Shown here: piece after piece, positions 1 through 11,526 of the stretch
Position numbering within the stretch: position 1 is the first letter of the stretch
Layout: every line of letters begins with the position of its first letter
Assembly: GCA_045837725.1 (NCBI GenBank)
Contig: JBEWZL010000098.1
Location: 186,001 to 250,000, forward strand
Reading direction: 5' to 3'
DNA: 64,000 bases
Origin: Vermamoeba vermiformis
Lineage: Eukaryota
Made by a program: the position numbers and the translations under genes
The notes under the pieces: model-generated
What the model saw: only the letters and a program-made list of their open reading frames with translations
Told to the model about the DNA's origin: nothing
Database searches by the model: none

Positions 1-455
1 AAAAGCAATCATTTCAGCCATAGTAAGTTGCATCAACTCGTCCACAAGTTTAGATACACGAGGAGAAACACCGACTTCGTTAGGGTTGCTAGATGGGGGC
101 ACTACGCTGTCCAATCCATTGGGCTTCATATCAGCAGCCAATTCTGACAAAGGTGTGCTGTGTGGTGAGTTGCTATATAATCTTGTGCTTGTGGCAGCGA
201 ATAGGCTGTGGAGGTAATAAGCAAGGTTAATACGATTTTTTTTAATCCAGCTAAATAATTAAAATATTGTAATAATTTATAGCAGCCTCCATTCCAATTG
301 ATAATCCGTATAATTAATGTCCGTCCATAAAATAACACTGTGGTATATTTTTCAAGCGCTAATAGTACAAACCTGACAGATTTGTTTGATTTGAATCCTT
401 TCTTTTGGCATCGAGCCACTCGCTTAGCGGAGGTTGAAACAATACGATTTAACAT
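1..455 (-). CDS. MRPL12: Mitochondrial ribosomal protein L7/L12 (5' part; gene runs off the window start)
   Basis: Manual splice (one intron ~206-373) gives MLNRIVSTSAKRVARCQKKGFKSNKSVSLFAATSTRLYS...VSPRVSKLVDELMQLTMAEMIAF: a basic presequence followed by the L12 N-terminal dimerisation helix pattern. Confidence 0.7.
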
Positions 456-640
456 TATTCGATATATTAACAAAATTGGTGGGCCTCCTCCGCAGGGAAT
501 AACAAAAAATAACAGCGCTATGGTCGCAGGGCAAAATTCGACACACGGGCAATAAAACGAAAAATTTCTGACGTCAGGACCATTAATTATTTTCAATTTC
601 AATCAGTAATCCACATATAGAACCTAAATAGTTCGGTAAA

Positions 641-2047
641 ATGGGCATTTGCAAGTGTAAAAAACGAACAGATCTGTTTTGCTTCAATCACAAAAAACCT
701 GTTTGTGAGAGCTGTATTCTCGAAGGTCATAAGCTGGTAATTATCCCAAAATTATACAATACACAAATTAACTACAAACGAGTGAAAATCTATCGCCTAT
801 AATTATTACGAATATTTTTCTAATTTTGATGGAATTTTGAAGTGCCATATCAGAACGTACAAAGATTGGCTTCAAGACAATGAATTTCCTCCACCAGCGT
901 GCGGGTTATGCAAGAAACAATTAGACGAGAGTGAAGCGGACAATGTTATTCGATTTCTGTGTCTCGGTGAGTAATTTCAATTTGCTCTTTTTCACATAAT
1001 TTCATGCTAAACACAATACTAGATATGTTCCATATGAAATGCATCGATGATTATGGATCTAAGATGCCAAACAACACAGCCCTCGCAGGCTTTGGTTGCC
1101 CTACATGTGGCGTAAGTTTCTAGTGGCACAATATTCGTCGATGTATTAACAATGTTCTGCATGTCAACAGACTCCATTCGTGCCTGCTTCCGTCGAGCCA
1201 TCGCCACTCGTGTCAGATATTATTAGTCGACTCAACAACTTCACTTGGATAAACACAATGCTGCCGCAGGTACGACGAGTCATACCTCGTTGTGTTGATG
1301 AATATAGGACTAATCTTTGGCCCTCATAATGTAGCTGCCATCAGCTCCGAGCAGTGTCAATGGCACACCAGTCAAGTTCAACGATTTTGTACCCGCTGAA
1401 GGCCAATCACCCTACAAACACGCAACATCGCACTCAGCCACACCAAACATCAAACCCAATACTAAAAAGTACGTGTTGTCATATCTACGTTGGTTCATGC
1501 GGCGATTAACGTATTCAATTGCAGCTTTAATGAACTGAAAGACGGCAGCGGTCCGATTGATCCGATTGGAGTCAGTGTCGCGAGCAGAAAACACAATCAA
1601 GTACGTACAATATTGACAATGGTCTTCTTTGGTACTACGTTACTAACTTGCGTCATTATCCATCCAGCCTTCAGCCTCAGCAGTTGATCCAGAGAGTGGG
1701 TTACCAGAGGGCCAGGACGATGACGAAGACAAGTACAGAAAAAAGAGCGTGTGGCGCATGTTTGAGGCCATGGGCTTAGTGTAAGTATCTCGTCTACTAG
1801 TCCACGAGAGCTATTCTAGCAGTACCACCAGCATCGCTAATCAATGGTTTGTTTCAGTGAACGAGCAACAGTCAACGGACAACGAACACGCGAACTAAGG
1901 CTGAGCAAGTCACGCCTGTTATTGCTCTTCGTGCTAATTGCTATAGTTATGTCAATAATATATGTTTCATCCAACCTCGGCAAGGGTGGAGTCACTAAAG
2001 ATAAATTGGCCGATCTGGTGCAAGATGAGCAGGGAGAGAAGTTCTAG
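641..2047 (+). CDS. ZFPL1: Zinc finger protein-like 1 (B-box/RING-type fingers, C-terminal TM), multi-exon
   Basis: Spliced MGICKCKKRTDLFCFNHKKPVCESCILEGHKLCHIRTYKDWLQD...CGLC...FHMKCID...AGFGCPTC, later DDDEDKYRKK and a hydrophobic C-terminal anchor (LLLLFVLIAIVMSIIYV). Confidence 0.88.
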
Positions 2048-2755
2048 GCCAACAAAACTAATTTTCTTGTAATAAATATAATGTTACCTCACTTATCTAT
2101 CCATTCGTCACTTTGTTCGAAGTATTGAAGCTTTTATTGAGGATCAAGCTGGATATCCAATTTGTACAAAATAGAGCTGAGAGACCACGCTCTTATAATT
2201 GTTGTCGCAATATTTTTGTTGTTATAATATTCATGCTACTGTTTAATAATAGTGGTGCTTTTTGTTGTGCTCGACAGTGCGGTTGGCGTAGCTGACAATT
2301 CCGTAGCCAATCAAAACAGCAGGAGCGACGTAGAGAGCATTGCTCTTGTTGTATATGAATATTAGCAATTATTTGATAGGATAAATTAAGTTATGGGGTT
2401 GATAGAAATTCAAAAATAATTTTCAATAATACAGATTCGAAAACGAAAAATAACGAATAATTGCCTCTATTGAGCGCCAATAACATTATAATAACAAGAA
2501 ATATTGATTTGTATAATGGCCTAATATTGCTACTTACAGTAATGCGAGTAGTCCATCTCTTAACAGCATCTCCCCAGAAGTGGTTGAAAACCTTAACTCT
2601 GAAGGGGGAAGTGATGTAATATACGTGTCCTTTAACGCGCTCTGGGGGTGTCCAGTGACCCATGATGTGTATTGCTGAAATAAATGAAAAATAATTGCGT
2701 GAGTTTATTTCAAATCTTTTAACCCGATCAACTCAATGAACATGCGTCAGACACC

Positions 2756-4244
2756 ATGAGTCGTTCTATGCTTACAGTCAGTAGAGAGCTTATAGCTCCT
2801 ACTATGAAGAAAGACGAGGTTTTAACACCGCGAGAGTCCACCTCGGCCTCGATGTCAGATGACGACACAGCACTGGACGAATTGATACCAGACGATTTTA
2901 AACCAAAGAAATACAGAAAATGTTAATGTGCCCCTTGTTCGGTGGCATAATGCTGTTAGAAAAATTTTATTGGCACGACGATTTATTTACAATGTACGGC
3001 TTAGTAGACAAATTTCTCGAGGTGTAGATATTTTTTCTATAGGTAAATATTGCACGATTTTAATATCGATCATATTTTTAAAAATAATATGGTGGTCAAT
3101 CACGATTCTTGCCGGTCAATTTCGCTGACAATTTCTTGCAGTCACGAGCTCATTAATGTGCTGGCCTCTATTTCAACCACATGCCAAGTAAGTATTATGT
3201 TCGTTACAACTAAGCATGTTCTAATTCGTTGCAGTATTTACGGCAAAATTCAAACCAATTATGCGGCGATTCGTCCCTACGGCGGAATAATTGATGCTCT
3301 CGAGCAAGTGTATAATAAAGAAGGTATTCGAGGTCTATTTAGAGGCTGGTTCGTCAACTGGCTCTCATTCTTGGCACCCACTCTGTTGCAAGGACTTTAC
3401 GTGCCTTTTCTTTCACGCACCATAATGCGCAAACACGGTACGTACCTGCGGAAGCGAAGCGCAATTCTAAGCACTATATTAATGTACTTGGATGTTAGTA
3501 TCACAGCTGTCAGGTTGGAGGCGGTCGCTCTTCCTCGGCATTCAATTTGTAGCGACACAAATGGTCACTATTCCACTCGACTTCATCGCAGATCGAATGA
3601 TATCGCAGAGTATGTGAACCACTATTTATGCATTAGCAATGATTGTTGAAGCCAAGTGACAGTATTCTGACTAACGTGTGATTGACAGATCCAGACACCG
3701 GCGAGGTGCTCTATTCGAACTCATTAGATTGCATGCACAAGGTGTATCGTCAGCAAGGACTGGGCGTGTTTTGGAATGCACACAGTAAGTGCAATATACC
3801 AACGCTCGAGTAGTGTTTTGATGCTGACTTCTCGCAGGCTGGGTGATATACCTGTGTGACCTCACCAATCAGCTCTTGCTTCAAGGTCTCGCCACGCTGT
3901 CCCCTTCACTCGCCAATTCAAGTCTGTTCTCGGTGTTTTCAGTGCTCTGTGTCTCCACGCCACTCATGGGACTCAAGGCACGCATGAATGCTTATCGAGC
4001 CACGCACACCTCACCGCTGAGTGCAGTCAAGGACATTATGCAGCACGAGGGTCTAATAGGCTTCTACAAGGGCACTGTAACGTTGTTGTGGATGTTCCCG
4101 CTCTCCATGCTCTGGGCACGAGTCAATCTCAAGCTGCAGATCTTGCTGCGCGGGTTTATTTTCAGGCGGTTGCGTAATCGAGTGGAAGAGAAAGAATTTA
4201 CTCGCAAAGTAAAGAAGACTCTGTTGTACGATTGGCCAATGTAA
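2756..4244 (+). CDS. Mitochondrial carrier family (SLC25) protein, divergent; start uncertain
   Basis: Carrier-type segments YGGIIDALEQVYNKEGIRGLFRG, PLDFIADRM, and TPLMGLKARM...DIMQHEGLIGFYKG across several exons. Confidence 0.72.
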
Positions 4245-4382
4245 ATATGTCATAAAAGTGCGATGTACAGTTCAATTTTTATCAATTTTAAATACGGAAA
4301 AATGAAACTTTCTGAGCTCAAGCATTTAAACTTAAACTTCATTTGTATAACATATATGTGTATATAGTTGTAAATATTATTG

Positions 4383-6251
4383 ATGCTTGCGCGATTTAAA
4401 TTGCTACTGCAAGGAGCACGACGCAGATTACCACAACAAAATGCTCGTTTATTGATTGGTAAATATTTTTGCAATTTTAATGCACGGCACAGCGTTAATA
4501 GGCACAATTTTCAGGTAAAAAAAATATTACGTCGATTTTTGGCAAAATTGCGAAACGGCATCCAGCTCGAAGCGTCACCCCAACGAAAGGTATCTAATTA
4601 TTTTGATCGTAATGTTATTAATTATCGCAGTAACTATGGGATTTTCCTTGCCATTTGCAGTTTGGTTCTTTTCGGAGGGTATGCAACAAGTCTGAAAATA
4701 TCTGCGCACGAACTGACAAAACTTTGCAGACCAAAAGAACGAGGCAAACTGGCTTCAGAAAAAGACGGTTAATCAATTAGTACATAACATGGAAGAAAAG
4801 GCGTCTCTTCGGTCCATCAAAATGCTGACCTATTTAATTAGCACCAATGGTACGGACTTTATTAATCATGCACTCGAATTTATCTCGTGTTAGAGTGTTA
4901 CGCTGTTGAATTCATCAATCAACACGGCGAAGAGTTACTGAGCAAACTGTTTGACACGACCTTGGAGACTTGGCGAAGCAATGAGAATAAAGACAGCGAT
5001 GAGATGTTGTTGCAGCTGTTAAAGTTAATGGCAACAATTAATCAGTACGGTATGTCAAAACTTGTTAATAGACGATAGAAGGTTATTGATTGAGAATAGA
5101 TCGACCGAAAAAAACGTTTCAGAATATAAAGTGGGTGTCACTATTCAACTCCCTGGCTGCGGAGAAGAATGCCGAAATTGTGAACAGTGTGTCGTCAGTT
5201 CTCAGCAGTTTATCCGTCTCAAGTAAGTTAAGATTGGTTGCTTAAAGGAGAATTAATTCTCTTGCCAGCCAATGCTCGTGGAGAGCTAGTAACTCAATTA
5301 CTGGATGGCCTGGGCACTCTTATTAAAAATCAGTACTGCAGCGAAGAGGCTTACCATCATATCAGTGTTGCACTTGCAGCATTGTCAAGTAAAGATGGTA
5401 AGACACAATTAGTCTGAATGGTTTTAACACGCCAAACAGAACAACTTGCCGAGTACATGATTAAAACAGGACTTGTACGGCGTTTGAAGAAGATCACTGC
5501 GCTTCCAGACGAGAGAGTTCAACTACAGATTGCGAAGATTATCTCCAATCTATCTGCCTTTGGTACGTTACAAGGCAGCGTTACTTGCATGACCTTATTC
5601 ATCTGCAGAAAACTTGAGAAAGATAATCGTTGCCCAAGGATGGTTAGAGCAATTACGGTACTGGGGTGAATCAGAAAATAAGCAAGTGCGTCTGCAGGCA
5701 ATTCAAGTATTAAGCCATTTAGTACAGGACGGTAAGTCTGATTCAAGCGAACTGGTGTCTCCGGAGAGCTCTTCCGGCTCCCACAACCGCCCTTATAGCT
5801 CAGTTGGCAGAGCGCCAGTCTTGTAAACTGGAGGTCTTGGGTTCGATTCCCAGTGAGGGCATTTTTTTTTTTTTTTTTACTTTTCGTTTGTTTACCTAGG
5901 TGTCCTTTCTGGGCAACAAATGCATTTTTGCTTAATTACAACATATATTCGGATGCGCTAAGCTGTATCTGACGCTGCATTCTTTTTGTTAGAATCTATC
6001 GTTGTACAACTACTCGAACAACAAGGACTTGAATTGATTCTGTCGATGGGCGAACTAGTGGATATAGACATACAACACGCAGTAGAACGAGTCATAAATC
6101 AATTAAAGACTCCCGGTAGGTGACAGATGCAGAATGATCTCAAAAGGGAAACTTATTTGCTAACCATTTGAGTGCAGACGTGCTGTGGAGCCCTCGTGAA
6201 TACAAATTGGACGATAATTTCGACCTTGTGGAGCAACAAAGGAGAGTGTAA
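4383..6251 (+). CDS. ARM/HEAT-repeat protein with a basic presequence-like N-terminus and one TM segment
   Basis: MLARFKLLLQGARRRL..., hydrophobic YGIFLAICSLVLFGG, and ARM-like exons (GLVRRLKKITALPDERVQLQIAKIISNLS; GWLEQLRYWGESENKQVRLQAIQVLSHL). Last exon ends EQQRRV-TAA at 6251. Confidence 0.6.
5789..5861 (+). tRNA. tRNA-Thr(TGT), intronic copy 1
   Basis: 73-nt cloverleaf GCCCTTA/TGAGGGC+A, D-arm TAGCTCAGTTGGCAGAGC, anticodon stem CCAGT-ctTGTaa-ACTGG, T-loop GGTTCGATTCC, then a long T run (Pol III terminator). Lies in intron 5732-5992. Confidence 0.97.
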
Positions 6252-6283
6252 TTGGCGGAAACACATTTATGTACATAAAAAGG

Positions 6284-7891
6284 TCACCGATCTGAGACCA
6301 GCTTAGAAAAAACATTTTGTTTTTTGTAAGTTCGATAACTTCGCGGGAACGGGCAGCTTATCGGATACCCCACAAAGCTTTGCGAAGGCTTTCTCTTGTA
6401 GCACCTCGGCAACTTTCTGATCAACTTTTTTACCACCCAAGTTTCGAATTTCCTGAAAAAATATATGTTAGAACGCGTAATAAGTCTGCAACCGTTTGCA
6501 TGCCCGACACCTAGGTAAACAAACGAAAAGTAAAAAAAAAAGAAATGCCCTCACTGGGAATCGAACCCAAGACCTCCAGTTTACAAGACTGGCGCTCTGC
6601 CAACTGAGCTATAAGGGCGGTTGTGGGAGCCGGAAGAGCTCTCCGGAGACACCAGTTCGCTAGAGGGCCGATTACTTACGTTTACCAGTTTGGGGTACGT
6701 CCGTGAGTAGTACTCTTTATACTGATCCATCAACACTGTATTTTTCAAAGTTTCGTTTTCCCTGTGCTTGTACTTAGCTTATTTGCTGACTGTGCTGAGA
6801 CACCTACCTAAAGCACTTGATTGCATAGCGTGCTACCAACACTGAATCGCTGACATCAAAGTTTGCTTCTTGAGGTGCACCGGTTCTGCTATGAGGTCAG
6901 TTTCACGGCGCTCTCGTGTAGTTATCTTACCGATTCAACTTCCACTCAAACTTCGGCATTGACTTGGCCACGTACTCCCATACTGCCTTCTTTGCCTCTT
7001 TACTTGTCTTCGTTGTTATTTTAAAGTAACCGCGTGCTTTTGAGAAGCTGATTGGAATTGGTCTGTGAACTCAATTAGTCGCTGTTTGCAGCTAATGACA
7101 GAACTTACTTATCTCCAAACTGTTGCCATAAAAGGAATTGAAATACCGAATTGATCTTATATAACAATAACAGCGTTTTAATGGTGGGTGTTTGACTTGA
7201 TTTGGCGATAAAGAATTTGAGTGGATCTTCAATTCCAACAATCCAACCCATATCCTTTCCTTTCTGTGGCCTAGTTAGCATTGAAATAATTCGTTATTAC
7301 GCACCTTAATCGCGCTTTCGTTAGTCTCCTTAATGACGGCTACTTGCTGACTAAGAAACAAACATTTGTCCAATGGATCTGCCAAATGCTCTGTGCTGAT
7401 AGCACCGCAATCAAGAACCTCTCCTAATAATTGAAGCAATCAATCGTCGCATCAATCGATTGCTGTGAATGAAAGCTACCTGTTTGTCCGTTCAGTACCG
7501 AGTAGCCAGTGACTTTGCTGTTGACATCCAATCCTAGCACAAGCCCAATTTTCTTCTGATTATTTTGCAGATCTTTTTCCATCTGTGCCACGATATCTTT
7601 CAAGTTTACGCTGCATGTATTCATTTTAGAATTTAATTGTAATTATTTTTTTCCTCATACGTGTCTGGATCTGCTTTCTTGGCTTGTCTTTTTGGTTTAG
7701 GCTTAGATTCTATATTATTCGATTTGCTATCATCTTTTTTCTTCGCTCTCGAGGCATAATTTCTGTGGGTAACGCAAACGACGCGCCATCCAGTAACGGT
7801 CTGCTGCAACTATGCACTTATTAGTAGGCTGGAACTACGATCACTTTCAATTGTTATAATTTACTTTATTTAATTGTCGGAGGCACAACAT
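6284..7891 (-). CDS. RuvC-like (RNase H fold) Holliday-junction resolvase with a predicted mitochondrial presequence; 9 exons
   Basis: Phase-consistent splicing gives MLCLRQLNKQTVTGWRVVCVTHRNYAS...VLGLDVNSKVTGYSVL...WIVGIEDPLKFF...ISFSKARGYF...EAKKAVWEYV...NFDVSDSVLVARY, which has RuvC-type acidic residues D, E, D-x-x-D in the expected order. Confidence 0.72.
6546..6618 (-). tRNA. tRNA-Thr(TGT), intronic copy 2
   Basis: Exact reverse complement of copy 1, followed by a T tract on the minus strand. Lies in intron 6453-6679 of the minus-strand gene. Confidence 0.97.
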
Positions 7892-8036
7892 GTTGCGATC
7901 AATATCAGTGGTAAATAATTGTGAGTTCAAAATCAACGCTGACAAACTGAACCGGCATTATCAAACAAAATTTATTCGAAATATAATATTATATTATAAC
8001 ATCAAAACCCCTCAACCCCAATCTACAACGTCACGC

Positions 8037-9343
8037 CTATTTATCCTTCTTGCCGAACAACTGTGTGAATACAACAATCGCGGCGACTACAGCCAAAATG
8101 AGCGTGACAATGATGAGAAACAGACACAATTTGCTGCGACTCTTTTGTTGATAATCTGAAGCCTTCTTCACCTCCACGACTGCACGGCCTGTGTTGGTCT
8201 TGGCAACGGAGATGTTGGTCTCAATGTTGTCAATCATGTCCTCGTGAATGGTGACGAGTTGATGCAAATCTTTGAAAATTTCATTCACTTCACTCATCTG
8301 CGACTGAATGGTCTTGATCTCTTGGTCGCGCTCTTCAATCATGCTGTCCATCCACTCGCGATCATTCTCCACGGCCAAGTACTGTTCTTGTCTGCTCAAA
8401 GATGACACGTGTCAATGTCAGGCCTGTAACACAATCAAAACATGTCAACGACTGACCTGCGTGATGATTCAATGAAGCTGCGGTGCTCGTCTTCGTCTTC
8501 GTCTTCCATGTACCCTCTGCAATTGACGGTCAATATCAGCACGCGAACTACGTGCATTGCGTGCTACTTGCCTGCGCGGTTCAATGGCTTTGGGCTTGAC
8601 AGGCACACTGGCCATGCGATCGAGAGCTGTCTTCGAGAGGGCTCTGAACTTCTCGTCAAAGATTTCAAAGTCCTTTGTGATCTTCATCACCACGCCCTTC
8701 TTGTCCTAGTCGATGGTGTTATAGTGAGTCACGTGCTTCATTACAAAGATCACCTGCGCAACGTACTTTCATCTCTTGGGCATTGGTGGGCTTGACTTGG
8801 CCAATGCGACGAATTAAATTGTTAGTATCTTTTGCGATTGTCTTGGTGGCCTCGATTTTGCGCGTACTATGATTATAGTAATAATTAGATGCTATTAATA
8901 GTGACGATTGCGGAATAACCTACAGTTGATCTCGCAGCTCTTGTGTGTCCTTATCACCACCGACTTGTTGTGTTAATTGCGTAATTTGATTGAAATTGTA
9001 TGTCATCTGCTTGATATTATTGTACATTTGTGTGTTCATTTGCATGTATTCGTCTTCTACCACCACTAACCGAGATCGAAAATTAGTAAATTGATCTGAT
9101 TGTCATTATATGTAAAAATCACATTTTAGTACGACTACAAATTAATTATAAAATATATTTCCGGTGGATAATCGCGTTAAAAAATATTCTCAAAATTTTG
9201 AGCCTATTTTGACAAAACGGATCTGACTATATTAATCGAAATAGCGCATCATAATATTTACCACTAGGTGCCTCTTGATACGCTGATGGTTGGGTATCTC
9301 TTCCGCGTCCCCAGCCTCGGTTCAGTTCAGATTCAAAAGACAT
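8037..9343 (-). CDS. Qa-SNARE syntaxin (syntaxin 7/12/Pep12-like)
   Basis: SNARE motif IEERDQEIKTIQSQMSEVNEIFKDLHQLV...IDNIETNI, C-terminal TM, Habc helices in upstream exons; ATG at 9343. Confidence 0.92.
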
Positions 9344-9841
9344 CTTGCTTTATTGAATGCCAAGGTATATAAAATATAAGATAATACGAATATACTGTAC
9401 AACGTGTAGTCCTTTGATGTACCTACAACTTAATAATTGTTCAAATAAAATCGCACAGTCCTAAGACTTTTCGAACCTCGTGCGCGAAAAAACGCAACTG
9501 CACGAGAGCAAACACGCCATCACTACCATAAGCTTGTAAATAGGCTTGCAATGGTAGGTCGAAGGATACATGCACCAGTCCTGTATGTATGACCGCAACA
9601 ATCATGCTCGTTGTACTGACTCCAATATTTCGTGCGAAAGTCAGCGATATTCAGCCGATGCTCAAACAAAATTTAGTCGTTCGCAAAGCGCTTATTTAAA
9701 GATTTATATCAATCGGGGGGGAGGGGAACTCTCTGACCCGAAATTCTTTGAGTCAATGTCAAAAAAATTTTCATGTTGACACTCTTAATCTCATCTCACT
9801 CCATAAGAGCACAATAACGACAAAAATATCTATCATTCACT

Positions 9842-11369
9842 ATGAGTCAATCTTCAGGAGTGCCCGCAGGCCAATTTAATACCCGGATCTCTAACTTTAC
9901 TGCTGGTCCGGGAGCATTACCGGTACCAGTGCTGGAACAATGTCAACGCGAGATGTTAAACTGGAACAATTGTGGTGCTAGTGTCATGGAGTATGTGTGG
10001 TCGATGAAGGAATGAATTTTTCATTTATTTAATCTTAATTATTTCAGAATCAGTCACCGCAGCAAAGAGTTCATTGCTTTGTTAGAAGAAGTAAAGGCCA
10101 GCTTGAAAAAATTATTGTAAGCCATTTGATTGCGTTCAAGATTGGATCTGACCGAAACATGTATTAGAAACATTCCAGACAACTACGCGATATTATTTAT
10201 GCAAGGAGGTGGCAATGGACAATTTGCTACTGTACCAATGAACTTATTGACCGCTCATAAGAAGGTACTAAACTAATGGACCTTAGTACGGTGTTTGACA
10301 CAGCGCTATTTTTAGCCGCAATATGTCGTCACAGGCACGTGGAGCAAAGCAGCGCTGCAAGAGGCAAAGAAATTTTGTGCGGCTGAAGTCGCGAGTTCAA
10401 CAGAGAGCTCTAAATTCAGAAGCATTCCGCCGACCTCAGACTGGCAGTTAGATCCGCAAGCAGACTACGTGTACTACTGTTCGAACGAGACTGTCAACGG
10501 CGTCGAGTTTCAGTATGAGCCACATGTGACCGAACACGTGCCTCTCGTGGCTGACATGTCCTCTAACTTCTTGTCACGACCCATTGACGTGTCTAAATTT
10601 GGCCTGATTTGGGCTGGCGCGCAAAAGAACACTGGCATTGCTGGCCTCACTGTCGTAATTGGTACGTTTATTGCGTTAATTGCCATATTAGGCAAGTGCT
10701 AATCCGGTGAATAGTTCGCAAAGATCTCTTGTCACGCTGCCCTGCAAATATTCCCCAAGTGTTGAATTACAATGTGATGCACGAACACAATTCGAGCTAC
10801 AACACTCCTCCGACCTTCGCGTAAGTGACATGCGATGACACGTCTGTTTCAGTGAATGACACTTTGCACCTGACTCATTATTGTTGCAGGATTTACGTCT
10901 CCGGTCTGGTATTCAAATGGCTGCTTGAACTGGGAGGTCTTGAAGGTCAGCATAATATTCGGTCATATTATTAGTTATCAATACGGTGCTAATCTATGTT
11001 GCAGCCATGGAAAAGATCAATCGACAAAAAGCTGAACTGCTCTACTCGTACATTGACAGCTCCAAGTTTTACATGTATGTAATAGGACTGCATACCTTCT
11101 AGTTCTGACCAATCAACAGCAACGAAATCGACCACGCGTGTCGTAGTCGCATGAATGTGCCGATCAAGATCTCAGTCGGCGATGAGGAGCGCAACAAACA
11201 GCTCGAACAATTGTTTGTCAAAGAAGCAAATAAGCGCGGATTGATTGGTCTCGAAGGACATCGTTCAGTGGGTGGTCTGCGTGCCTCGCTTTACAACGCT
11301 GTCTCGCTCGAAGATGTGCAGAGACTCGTGGCATTCATGAAAGAATTTGCAGCTCAACATACTAATTAG
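9842..11369 (+). CDS. PSAT1: Phosphoserine aminotransferase
   Basis: [52 protein letters not shown] (PLP lysine), [15 protein letters not shown]. Confidence 0.97.
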
Positions 11370-11526
11370 GGAAAATAAACTATCTACCTGCAAATGATTG
11401 CTCCATTCTTTTGTTGCACTGTTGACATAAAAATTTATGTATGTTGAATTTGTGCGTGCAGCCCTTTGATTGTAGTGCAAAAGTGTAAAAATAAACATGA
11501 TTTATTGTAATTAGCGCATGTAGTCA

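Larger units (their letters stand above)
5746..6661. repeat. Inverted repeat, arms 5746-5904 and 6506-6661, each carrying the tRNA-Thr cassette
   Basis: Identity covers 43 nt upstream of the tRNA (AGCGAACTGGTGTCTCCGGAGAGCTCTTCCGGCTCCCACAACC) and the ~26 nt after the T tract (ACTTTTCGTTTGTTTACCTAGGTGTC). Only the T tract differs. Confidence 0.95.

Noticed and set aside
2560-2670. Imperfect inverted repeat (TCCCCAGA / TCTGGGGG) in the intergenic region as a MITE
   Set aside because: Arms too short, no target-site duplication, and no second copy in the window.
6284-7891. RuvC-like gene as Fanzor/TnpB with the inverted repeat as element ends
   Set aside because: The protein is short with a contiguous RuvC and no zinc finger or REC/WED region, and the repeat arms are tRNA cassettes inside introns rather than flanking the gene.
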